From contig JAAOMT010000436.1 in assembly GCA_016748015.1 (NCBI GenBank), positions 1,486,847 through 1,550,846 of the forward strand: a stretch of 64,000 bases of DNA, written 5' to 3'. Position numbers and translations under genes: made by a program. Source of the stretch: Geosiphon pyriformis uo1. Taxonomy: Eukaryota; Fungi; Glomeromycota. Below are positions 13,249-25,900 of this stretch, piece after piece. The notes below the pieces were generated by a model that made no database searches, had not been told where the DNA came from, and saw only the letters and a program-made list of their open reading frames with translations. How positions within the stretch are numbered: the first letter of the stretch is position 1; each line of letters starts with the position of its first letter.

Positions 13249-14100
13249 TTATATTGGGTTAAGTACATTACTATTTATAATTAGCATTTTTAAAACATAA
13301 TATGTTGAGTCTAGATCTGAATCTCCATTCTGTATGATTATGTTTGAATTATGAAAAGCATTCAACACAGATTTATTTGCCCCAAAAAAGTTGATTTTTA
13401 ATACATCTTTAAAACTATCAATCAAACTTTTACTCACTAATACTAAATATTGGTTGAATAATGAATATAATTGCTAGTATAGAGCTCTTTTTTAATCATG
13501 GATGTCAAAGTTGGTGTGAAAATATATTTATTGGGTATATATTGGAATCTTCATGCTCTGAATTTTATTATTGGTCATATTTTTTTTCCTAAGGAAAGGT
13601 AAATTTGAACTCTATTCTCAGTTGATTTGCTTGAACAATGTCCTATTAACAAATTTGTTCCCAAAGGATCTCATTAGGCCATTATTCTCACTTATAGGTC
13701 TATTAATTTCTTCTCCCAATATGGAGAAAAAATAATCTTATTAGCCAAAGTTTAATCTAGAGTAACTTCATTAATATCCACAACAACAGTTTCTCATTAC
13801 CAGTCTCTAAAGCATTATTAGTCTTCAAAGCACCAAGAGCAGCAGTACTGTACTATATATTAACTATTATTAAAACTTTTATAATACCTGTAAACAACAA
13901 GTCAGATATAATAGTTCTATTATTGTCTTCTGATGGCAGTGGCGGCTTATAAAGAAAAAGAGTAATTGAATGTTGTAATATTTCAGAAATTTTGTTTAGT
14001 GTTCTACAATCATTTCCAGAAACTTTTCTAATTTTTTTTACTATCATAAAAAGAATGGTTTCTATTGACAAATTAGAAAATCTTCCTGACTGTACATGTT
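13249..14100 (-). pseudogene. Cargo pseudo-ORF 2 in the pogo element, unknown protein
   Basis: ORF fragments 13853..14071 and 13249..13437 are joined by readable sequence with stops (...YSTAALGALKTNNA...MRSFGNKFVNRTLFKQ...). Convergent with cargo 1. Confidence 0.45.
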
Positions 14101-15579
14101 CAATTAAATATAAGATGATATCTGATGTTCATATCTAATATTATATAATTATAGTGTAACTATAAAAAGTGAAAATTACTTATATTCTGCTATTATATTT
14201 GTGGAGATAGAGACTATAAAGAAATATATATAGTAAAAGTGACTATAAAGAAATAATATTATATATAAATGGTTTTGGTTTTTAAAAAAATGAGATTATA
14301 AGAAGATAATGACTATAACTAAAGAAACTATAGAAAGAGTTTACTATACTTATAATAAAATTAATATTTAAAAATTTTTTATTAAATACAACTTTTTTAA
14401 AGTATTAGTTTTAATAATTATAATATTAAAAGTTTTTTTAAATTTAATATAACAATAACATAATTTTTTATAAATTAGATTTAAAAATTCAAAAATAAAA
14501 CAAATTTAATTATAAATTTAAAAACAATACAACCAAAAAAAATTAACTAATTTGGTTTAAATAAATTATAAAAAACAATTATTTCTTTTTAATTAAAAAA
14601 TTTGAATATATTTTTTATTATTAACAAACAAAAACAAATTTAAAAACTTTAAAAAATTTAAATAAATAACAATAATAAAATATAATTATAAATCAAAAAA
14701 TTTTAATTTGATATTACTACTTTATTAAAAATTCTTAATATTATTAACAAAAATATTTAAAAAACTATTACAAAAAATAATAATAATAAAAACAAAAATA
14801 TAATTTTAAAAATAATAAAAAAAACTTAATAAACAATATTTAAAAAATTTGAAATACAAAAAAACTTAATATTATTCTTAATAATTAATAAAATATATAA
14901 AACTTAATTTTAAATAATAATAATAAATTTAATTAATATTTTAATATTTATTATAAAATAGTAATAATAAATTTAAATAGTTTAATTAATTGTAAATTAA
15001 AAAATATTAAAAACAAATTAACAAAAATTGTTAAAAATATAATTAAGTTGTAAAAATATAGTATTATACAAAACTTTTAATATTATTAAAATTTTTAATT
15101 ATGTTAAAAAAGACAAAATTTTAATTTTATATAAAATATTTTATAAACATTTTTAACTTAGTTTTTATTATTATATTCTAATAAAATATATTTTAATTAT
15201 TATTTAATTTATAAAAATAAACTTATCTAAAATAAATATTTTATGTATAATTATAACTAAAATAATATTTTTAAGAATTAAATCAGTTAATTAAATAATA
15301 GTATTATTTATATTAAATTTAATATTAAAAATTTAAAGCTTTTAAAATATTATTAAATACATAAAAAATTTTTTTTTATAAAAAATTATAGTTTTTTTTA
15401 ATTATATTATTATTAATATATACACTAATTTTTATTTTATTTTAATATCTAAAAACTCTTTCTCTTGTCAATTCCTTAATCATGACAAGAGTAAAATTTT
15501 ATCAGAGTTTTATTTAGTCTTTTTCTTTTTTCTCTTTGTTTTTTTTCTAATTATTTCTTCCAACTTTTTTCTTTTTATT

Positions 15580-17541
15580 GTAATAGAACCAGTAAGCTTT
15601 TCTACTAGTGGTTTTAGTTCCATTTTGGCTGAGTTAGATACCCAGTCTAATAATAAAAAGAAGGCACATATTGAGAGTATATACTCTTATGGCCCTTTAT
15701 ACAAGAAATCTAAAAATTCTAAAATTACTAGTGGTATGATAGATTTGTTAGGTGGTCTTATTCTTGGTGATATTTTACAAGCTAGCAATGTGGAATGCAA
15801 GGTGTCTTGGGGTAGTAAAGTGAAAAGCAAATATGCTAGTATTAGTGGAGTGTCTGACTTGGAAAACATGAACCACATGATAGCAGAGGAAATGAGTTAT
15901 GTGGATTCTAATGAATTCAAAGCTGATGTTATAGTAGATGATATGACTTTGAGAAAAACACAAATGAGGATGTATGTTCTGGGACAACCACCAAAAAAAC
16001 CTTCTTTCAATAATATGAATGATATTAACAATGTTTTAGAGCTCTTATTTTTCAAGTTTTGAGATTTCAATCAGCTACCAAGTGCCAAGTCACATGTTCT
16101 GGAAAAGAAAAGCTTTGAGCCAGTAAAATTGTTCACACTAGATATTGAGCCTTCAGCTATTCTAGACAAATCTGTTAGTGACAAGTTAATTTCAATAAAA
16201 AAAATTTTTTATCGAATTGATGGTTTTGAAGGAGTCTCTGCTTTCTCAAAATTTCCAGAGATTATCAAATCTTTATTTACTTCAGAATTGAGCTTGAATA
16301 AGACTAAAAAAATGGCAATCTGTGAGAAAATTCTTGTTAATAATAATCTTAAAAAGGTAAACAGCCGATTGGATTGGGAAGTGATCATCAAGGAGATTTC
16401 AGTAGATTTTCTCAGATCAGCAATTGAATCAGTGTTCTCTAAATTTGGTCAGGTAATTTTGATTAGGATGCAACTAATTGGGCTTTGGCAAAAGACTATA
16501 ATAGAATTTAAGTCATCAGATGTGGCTAGCTCAGTCACTTCCAAATAGTCAGTTCTCATGGATAAGAATTCTGTTTGTGTTACATTGGCTGTGAATAACA
16601 AAAAATCATGGGTAGTTAGGAATCATTATTGGACTTTGTTGTATACTTTGCCAATAGGCACTACTGCTCATGATTTATCAGATTTATTGGATTTATATGG
16701 TAAAAAAACTTGTTTTATTGGCTGTAATCCTGGTTTATATGTTTATGATAGATATGTAGTGATCTGTTTTGATAATAAGACATCCAAATTGGCTGCTATT
16801 GGTTCTGTTTCAGTTTATAAGAGTGTGAATTTGTACTGAGCTGGTCTTTCTTTGGCTTGTTGCACCAAGTGTAAACAATTTGGTCATATTTCTGATATGT
16901 GTTTGGTTGGTGAGAATTCTGATGTTTGTTGTAAGCAGGTGGTGTCTTCTCAAGATTAGGTCCATCTAGCTAATATTTATAAGAGGAAGCAGGCTTCAAT
17001 TGTTCACCCAGTGTCTTTTGATGGGAAAACTTGGGCTTAAATTGCAGGTGGCTCTTTTTTTTATGTAGTCTTGTCAGTTCCTTCTAGTGCTGACTCGCTT
17101 TTAAGTATAAAGCCTTTAATAATGGCTTCTAACCCTCTTGATAATTCTGGTTTGGCTGATCATATGGCTTCTTTGGAGCACTCTATAGAGCTTTTGTTAG
17201 TTCAGGTCTCTGAGATCTTGAGAAAATTGAGCTTTATAGAATTGGTGCCAATGTTGTTTCCATTTTGTGTCTTCTTCCTTATTGTTGCTTTTTCCTTGGA
17301 CTCAACTTTGAATTCAGATATGGCTGTGGATAGTGTGGTAGTGCCCTTTTCTTCTTCTTTTCTGGTGATTGATAATGCTACTCCTGAACTAAATTTAAGC
17401 AGCTCAAAGGTTTTTATTACCAAGGTAGATGGTTTGGAATCAAAGATAATGGCTCTGGAAGTTTCAGTTGGTTTGATATTGGTGAGATTGGATTTTTTGT
17501 GTTCTAGTTCAGATTTGTTAGCTCCTTCTCTATTTCAATGA
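15580..17541 (+). pseudogene. LINE C ORF1
   Basis: VIIKEISVDFLRSAIESVFSKFGQVILIRMQLIGLWQK (RRM-like), CTKCKQFGHISDMC knuckle, C-terminal KVDGLESKIMALE coiled coil. Confidence 0.85.
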
Positions 17542-20500
17542 TTGATTTAGTTTGGAAAATTGCTATGTGCAATGTCAGAGAAATAAACAATCCTGCTAAA
17601 CAAGAAAATATTATGCATTAATATAAAAACATAAACAATCTGGTTTTAATTTTTACAGAAACAAAGTTGAAAGAAAAAATCCATCCATGGATTGTTAACA
17701 AATTTAGTGATGTTCAAGTGTTTATTTCAAGTTTGAACTCTGAATACTTGGGTTCAGGTGTTGTTGTAATTATAGACAATTCTTTGGCAAGACATGTGTG
17801 TAAGGTTTCTGAGGTGCCTGGTCAGCTCATTTCTATCAAGTTATTCTTTAAAAATAGACTTTCTGTTTTGATTCTGGGGCTTTATGCTGGTGTTTTTTCT
17901 GCAGTTTAATTTTTCCAATCTGATAATATCAACTCTCTTATTGCCAAAGCTACAAATGAGTCCACTTTTATCATTCTTGGCAGTGATTTCAATGAAGATG
18001 GTTCCCATAAGTATGCAAGTTTTAAAAAGTGTTTTAGTTTGGATCTAGTTAATTTCTTAACTGGAAGCTTAGTGGCCAAAATGCCTATGTAAAAAAATTC
18101 CAGAGATGTTATTAAAACAATTGATTACATTTTTGTTTCTTTGAATTTGGTCAATGCAATTCTGTGCTGCAATGTTCTGGATGTTGATAAGTACTTTGAC
18201 ACTGATTATTGTGCTGTCTCTGTGTCCATGGGTTTAGGCAGACTGTTAGATATGCAGTTAAACTCTTTTTGCAAACAGGCAAACAGAGATTGTTGGAAAT
18301 TTGACATTAAAAGTGCTAATAAAGTAACATAGGGTGAGTTTAAGAATGCTATAACAGCCAATACTGCTATGTTTTCTGATGAGTTTGTTACATCTAAGAA
18401 GTATTTGGATCTGAATGCTATGTAAAATACTGTTCACAAGGTAGTGTCTCTTTCACTAATAGTGTTTTCAAAAAAAAATAGTTTAAGGACTATAATGGAG
18501 TGTTTACCAAAGAATCATTCAGGTTTCACAAACTGAAAGTTTTGGTTTCAAAGTTGGCTAAGGCTTTTTATAAAGTAGTGTCTAACAGATTTTTCTTCTT
18601 TTTGAAACATTGGGACTCTTTAGATACCGACAAGGTGTTTGTTATTCAGATTTTTATTAGCTCTGATGCAGATTTTAATCGTATATATTCTGCTCTTTTT
18701 GATGTGAGAAAGTCTTATTATGCATCTAAGCTGGCTGAATTTTTATGTGCTAAGGAGTCAGACATCAGATCTGCTATTGAGAAATGAATAGAAGATTTTG
18801 CAGTTGACAAAGGCCATACAATCCATAGTGTTTTAGAATATTCTTTTTGGAAAGTGGTGCTAAACCACCTGATTTCTAATGGTAGTTTAATTGTGGATCT
18901 GGTTGATGTTAAAAATAATGTTGACAAGATTATAGAAGGTTGGACAAGAAAGAGAGTAATGCCGTTTAACATTCCTGACTTATGAAAATGTCAATATCTA
19001 TCATTAAATTATGTTGACAATAATGCTTTTTCTGGAGTAATGGACATTATTAGCTATGAAAATTTGGTATGCATGATCAAAAATCTGTCAGATAGCAAAA
19101 CAGCTGATTTGTCTGGTATTATAAATAAACTTTAGAAACATTACAACAGTTTTATGCTTAGTATGCTGTTGGATCTTTTGAATCTTTGTTTGGTTCATAA
19201 ATCTGTACTCCAATGCTAGAAGAAAGTTTGGGTGTCTATGATTTCTAAACTTTATGAGTGGGAGGGTATTTTGATCAATACTAGATCAATAGCTTTGATT
19301 GAAACTGCTTGTAAGGTTCTCTCTAAGATACTTTCTGATAGAATTTCATTAGTATACAGTGTATTTGATGTTCTTCATGATAACAATTTCTCTGTGCTTA
19401 AGAGCACTACTACCCAGTCTTCTATTTTTGTTATTAGTTTAGTTGTTAAAGATGCTTTAGAAAAAAATTATGAGCTTTGGCTTGTTTTACAGGATATGCA
19501 GAAAGCCTATGACTCTGTGAGTTAACACCACTTATAGAATAGTTTGGTTTGAGTTAAGATGTGTAATTGTTTTGTCAAATTCTTTGAGAGTATTCACAAT
19601 GATTGTGTTAATCATATTATGACTGATTTCAGCCTGACTGATAAGTATTGGATAAATGATAGTCTTAACCAGAGTAAGGTGTTTTTTCCCTTGTTGTGGA
19701 GGATCTTCTACAATCTCTTTTTATGTGAAGTTAAAAGACAGAAGAATTTGTGTGAATACTGTATTGACTTCAAGTTTGTTGCTAAAACTGGCAGGTTGAA
19801 AACCCAAGGTGGTTTGACTTCATTTTTGGCAGCTGGCACTTTTGTTGATAACACAATATGGATGAGAAGTAGCCAGGCTGTCACTCAGTATATTTTAAAC
19901 ATTGCTAGTGAGTTTTTTAGTATAAATAACATCTTTATTAATAATGAAAAGACTGTGGCTATTCCTATCAACAGAAGAGTAGAGGAAGCATTATTGTCAA
20001 TAAGTGGTTTGCCAATTTTAATTGCTTATAAAGGAAAGTCTCATAAATATCTTGGGATTTATTTGTTGTCTGAGGGTTTGTTCAAACCCAGTTTGGCAAA
20101 AGCTCATTCAGATTTTAGGTTTTTTGTTAATTTGGTTTTAAAGAAAACTATTTCAGACAAACAGTTTCTTTATCTGATATTGGCTGTGTTGCAATCCATT
20201 GTCAGTTATAAATCTTAGTTTAGTTTTCTTTCTAAAAGTGTGTGTATTAAGTAGAACACATTAATTAGAAAAAATTTGAAACTTAAGACTGGACTACCAA
20301 GAGATTTTTCTAATGAGACTTTTTATTATCTGTTTTTGTATAGTTTGAAGTCTTTTGAACAGTTGTAGACTGAGTACAAAGTGGCTTTTGTACTGAGTTT
20401 CTTAAATGCTGGTGGACTTTTGGGTCACTTGTTTATTTATAAGTCTCTTAACCTATAGGTTCTGAATTGGTTACCTGTTCACCTTTTATGTTGCCTGGTC

Positions 20501-22219
20501 AGGTTATGTGTTAGTCCAATTAACAATTTTTTGGCTGGTGTTGTTAGAATTTTTTTGAATTGTGATATGTCTCTTGGGAACTTTTCTCATATGGCATTTC
20601 GTTTTTCTGGTGAGACATCAATGTCTTTGGTTTTGGGAGATTATTTGTTTTATGAAGTTTTATGCTCACTCAAAAGATTTGGGGTTGCTTTTGTTGAACA
20701 GCTGTATACCAAAAAAAGTTTGATTTTTGATTGAAAAAGCTTCCGTCATTAAAAGAGGCTTGACCCAAAAGGTCCAGTCCCTTATTGGTTCAATTTGGCA
20801 TGTAACTTCTTGACCCACTTCTCTCTTTATGATAGTCTTTCTGTTGTTGAACTTTGGTCACTGAATGTTGGTAGTTCAGGTAATGTTTTTTAGCTGAAGC
20901 AGTGTTTTTTTATTTCTAATTTAAATGTTATTAAGATTTACATGGACAGATCTTTAAAAAGTTTTAGTATATGGAAGATAGGATGTAGTACAACTGCTTA
21001 CTTCTCAAATGTAGATCTGAGTATTGGCATTAGGATTGATGGGTTGGTTTCTTCCACTTTGGCTGAATTGCAGACAATTGTTTTAGCTTTGAAGTGTGTT
21101 CCTTTTTACAGTTTTGTTGTAGTTTATTTAGACAATTAGGCTGCCTTAGATGCTTGTGCTGTTAAGTTAGTTTTGGCTTCTCTGGACTTCCACAACCATT
21201 GCTGAATGGAATGGCATAGTGTAGTAAATTTAATTAGGGAAAAAAGGCTTAGTGTTTTCTAGCATAAAATTAAAAAACATTCAGGTGTTTTGGATAACAA
21301 GTATGCTAACAAGTTGGCCAATTCAGCTGCAAGTTCAAATATGGTGCTTTCTGTTTTGATTAAAGAAATATTCATTAAGACTGGTAGGGTGGTGGTATCT
21401 GGTAATGTTTAGCATTTTGCTTGGAATGTTTTTAGAACTGTAAATTACACTAGTTGAGAGATTGGACTTGGTTCTGCTGTTATTAACAAAGATATGATTA
21501 GTGATGTGGATTGGATTCATACTGCTTCAGTCTGGTATTTTAACTTGCATATGACAGCTGAATTCACTAACAAGTCTACTGCTGGTCTGCATTCATATTT
21601 TTTGAAAGCTTTGCACCATTGCCTGCCAGTTGCTGTATGGAAATGCTTGTATAATAGAGATTATCTGAGTGTTTTGTGTCTTCATTGTGGTGAAGTGGAA
21701 AGCTTTGATCACTTTTTTGTGTGTGTATTTGATTTTGATGTCCATAAAAATCTGCTTGCTTCTTATCTGGCTAAGTAGCATGTTGTGTCTGGTTTGGGTT
21801 TTTTTTTGTCTCAGATCTTATAGGTGCTCTTTTTGTGTGCTTCTAATGATGTGCTATACACTACTTTAAACAAAGGCTTCTTGTTCAGAGATTGGTATTT
21901 GGAGGCTGTGTCTGTTTTGGGTGATGTTAAATTTGTAAGAAAAGTTGTTATTGACTTTGTTTGAGATTTTGGTGCTGCTCACCATGCTAACATATGGTTA
22001 ATTAGAGCCAAATATAAAGCCTTTATGGAGAAAGGTAGTTTAATTTATTATAATGATTTTGTTTTTCCTGTAATCCATAGTCTGTTGTCTTTGCTTTCAG
22101 CTGGGGTAGTTAGGTTGCTTGGAGTTGCTAAGGCACTAAATATCTGTTTTGGTTTTTATAAACTCTGTTGTTTTTTTTCTGGTTTTGATAGTGTGGTCTC
22201 TATTATAATAGATTCATAG
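17538..22219 (+). pseudogene. LINE C ORF2 (APE-RT-RNase H)
   Basis: IAMCNVR, TETKL, GSDFN, TIDYI, DTDY; QDMQKAYDSV, TFVDNT; YMDRS, AELQT; CLHCGEVESFDHFFVC. Confidence 0.92.
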
Positions 22220-22999
22220 TGTTGTTTTGATCAGTTTGCATGGCTGGTCATATATAGAAAATGCATAATTTGTGTCTAGTTTAGATTATTTAGTTTAATG
22301 TATTGTGCTAGGTAATATTTGGGCCTTATTTATTAAATGTTAATAAAAAAAAATATCTAAAAAAAAAGTACTAATTAATTTTGTAATTAAAAAAACTAAA
22401 ATATTAATAAATTTAATAATAAATTTAATTAATAAAACCAATTTTAATAACTCAAATTTCAAAACAACGAATCTAAAATTAATTACAAAATTAATAATAG
22501 CAACAGTAAAAACAACAAAAAAAACAACAATAAAAAAACAAAAATTTTAATATAAGACTTAAATATTAGCAAAATAAATTTTTTTTAAAATAAATACAAA
22601 TTTAAATAAAATTTTTAAAAAAATTGTAAAAACATTTTATAATTAAATAATTTAAATTTTAATATTTAAAACAGCACTAACAATTAATTTTTTTTATTAA
22701 ATACAATATTAATTTTAATAATTTTAATAATTAGATTTTTTTAAAAACCAAAAATAATAATTATATAATTTAGTTATTAAACAAAATTAGAAAAATAAAA
22801 AATAAAACATGTTATTATTAATAAAAATTTAATTTATTAATTAACATAAAATTATTTTTATAATTTTTATAATTAATTAACATATATTATTATTTTAATT
22901 TATTATTTATTATTTTATTAAATTATTAAATATAATTTTAAGCAAAAATAAGAGATTTTTATTTTATTAGTATTATAATATATAAAATACTAAAAAAAA

Positions 23000-25900
23000 C
23001 TTTTTCTTTTATGTACAAATTCTCCAAAGAGCAGTTTTTTAAAAAAAAGTTTTTGTTTTTTATTGTTTTCTTTCTAGTATTATTACTTTTAATATTTCAT
23101 AAGCAAATAATCTTTTTGTAATAAATCTGATAACTGCTTTTGGTAACAATATGTTTAAGAAAAAGACACTCAAAGATGCTCTTTATAGACCAATTAAAAG
23201 TTTTTTTTCTTAGAAAAAAAGAGTTTTTATAGACAATATTAAGTATTTTAATAATAATAATAATATTTTTTAAGCAAATTTGGTTCTAGTAGTAATATGT
23301 ATTCAGATATAAATAATGATTCTGGTAATAATAAAAGTAATAATTTTTTAATAAATAGTAGTAGTAATGGTTTTCTTAGTTTAGCACCAATAACCTCTAA
23401 GATTAAAAATATTAATACTAGTTTAGAATATAAATTCTTTATTAATATAATCGACTTTGGCATAAATGAAAATGAAAGATCTCTTCCTTTTTTTCTTAAC
23501 ATATTTTTGGACAAAAAATAAATTAATTCTAAAATTGTAAAAACTTAAATAAAAATATCTATAAAAAAAATTTTTATTTTAAATATTAATCTTTTAACAG
23601 TAAAAGAGAAGTCAGCAATGACAAAAACTTAGGTAATTAGAAAACTTTTTTTAATAATTAATAATTTTAAAGGAGTTACTATTTACTTAAAATTTGAAAA
23701 GATTATTAAATTTACATTTATATTAAAGAAGAATATAAATAAGACTGTATTATTGATTAAAAAAAAAGAAATTAAGATAAACAGCAATTTTAAAAAACAA
23801 AGAATTAAATTAAATTAAGCTGTAATGATAAAAAAAATTTTCATAGATATGCCAAAAAAAACAATTATTGCTGCAGTATCTGAGTTTGGTTAAATTGTAT
23901 TTATTAAATTGCAACTTATTAAGCTGTGACAAAAGGCTATAGTGAAGTTTACTGAATCAATTTAAGCAAATTAGTTGGTAGTAAAATAATTATTCTTAAT
24001 TGAAAAAAACTTAGTGTATGTAATAAAAGCTGTAAAAGACTAAAATATTTAGATGTCTAAAGATTGTTTTAGAGTACTATTATTTATTTTATTTATTAGA
24101 ACAACTGTTCATAATTTGAATACTTTATTTAAAAAAACTGGTAAGAAAACTTGTATTATTAACTGATTATTTAAAACTGGCAATAAAGTTTGCTATATAG
24201 TAATTGGCTTTAAGTTAAAAGAGAAATTAAAGTCAGCTTTTTATATGAAGCTTATTCTGAATGGCATTAAATTCTCTTAGACTAGAATAAATCTGGTTTG
24301 TTGTAAAAAACATGGGCATTTTAATCATTCATTTCTTAAATATAAATCTTTAAAATTATCTGTCTCTATTTTAAAAAAAATTTATAAAAGAATTGTTTTG
24401 AATAAAAACTGCTTTTAACTAGCCCATTTTTACACAAAAAAAAATGTTTTTATTGCTTACCTTTTGCTTTTGGTGGCAAATTTTGGGTGCAGATAGTTTT
24501 TTAATAGTTAATTCTACTAGTATTTACTTTAATTCTTTCTTTAAGCTCTTTTTATTTAATAATTCTCAATTTGGCAATATTTTTTCTGCTTTTTAAGATG
24601 TGTTTTCTATTGGTAATTGGCTGGTTTCTTTAGAACATTTTTTAAAATTGTTAACAAACCAAATATTAATAATTGTATACAAGTTGAATAGTGTAAATTT
24701 GGTGTCTTTTATATCTGTTTTTTTTTCTGCTTTGATAGACTCTCTAATTTCTGGTTTAAATTTGATTTTGAATTTGTTTACAGATGCTTTCACAATATTG
24801 TTCTTTTATATAGAATCGAATATGGTTTTGATAACTCATAAAATTTGCTTTCTTTTTATTTATTAGCAGCAGTAAAAATTTCAGTTTTGGGTTTGAGCAG
24901 TTCAAAGATTTTAACCACCAAGATTGGAAATCTAGAATTTAAAATAGTTGTTCTTAAAGTTTTTATTAGCTTAGTTTTAACTAGGTTGGATCAATTATGT
25001 ACTGGTTTGAGTTTTTTTTTCATCTTAATAACTGATCTAATATAAAAGTTTGCTATATGTAATATTAGAAGTATTAATGTTTCTATAAAGCAGAAAAATG
25101 TTTTTTATTGATATTAAAGTTTGAATAATATGGTTTTTATTATTACAAAAACAAAATTAAAATCTAGTAATAAGCTATAAATTGTAAATAAGTTTAATGA
25201 AGTGTAAATTTTTATGTCTTGATTGAATATAAGTTTTTTTTGGCATTGGAATGACTATTATTATGAACAATTCTCTGGCTTAACATGTTTTTAAGATAGA
25301 AAAAATTCCTGGCTATATTATTTTAATACAGTTTTTTTCCAAAAACAAGCTCTTAATTACAATTTTAAATTTGTATGCTAGTGTTTCTGCTAAATTTAGG
25401 TTTAATTAGACTGTAAAAGTCAACATTTTTATTGTTAAAACAGTTAACTTCAGCATTTTTGTTGTTTTGAATGGAAATTTTAATAAAAATAAGTCTAAAA
25501 AGAGTGTGAGTTTCAAGTTTTGTTTGGATTTGAGTTTGGTCAATTCATTTGATAAGCATTTATTGGTTAAAACCTTCACTTAAAACAACTCAAAAGATGT
25601 CAAAAAAACCATAGATTATATTTTTGTAAGTAAAGATTGATTATCTGTGATTGTTGCTTATAGAGTTAATTCTGTATCTGATTTTTTTAATACTAATTAC
25701 AAAGCTGTTTTGATGTTAATTGGCTTGAGTAATCTCTTGAATATTTAATTAAATAGCATGTGCAAACAAGCTAATAAGAATTACTAGAAGTTCAATATTA
25801 AAAACATAATAATGTAAAATAAGTACAATTTAGAAAATATTTTTCTACCAGATTTTTGACAGTAGTAAATAAGTTTTTAGAAACTAAGACTTGTAAAAAT

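Larger units (their letters stand above)
10103..14346 (-). mobile_element. pogo/Tigger-type DNA transposon (4.2 kb) with TIRs, TA TSD and cargo
   Basis: TA|CAGTAAACTCTCTTTATA at the left end and TATAGAAAGAGTTTACTA|TA at the right end. Repeated subterminal GACTATA motifs at both ends. Transposase inside. Confidence 0.88.
15456..22351 (+). mobile_element. Full-length LINE C, inactivated
   Basis: TSD AATATCTAAAAA at 15444-15455 and 22352-22363. ORF1 ~15580-17541, ORF2 17538-22219, shared 3' UTR and A-tail. Confidence 0.93.

Noticed and set aside
14350-15440. Ultra-AT-rich tract as centromere, origin or organellar insert
   Set aside because: No specific motif or gene; more simply explained as terminally decayed transposon sequence.
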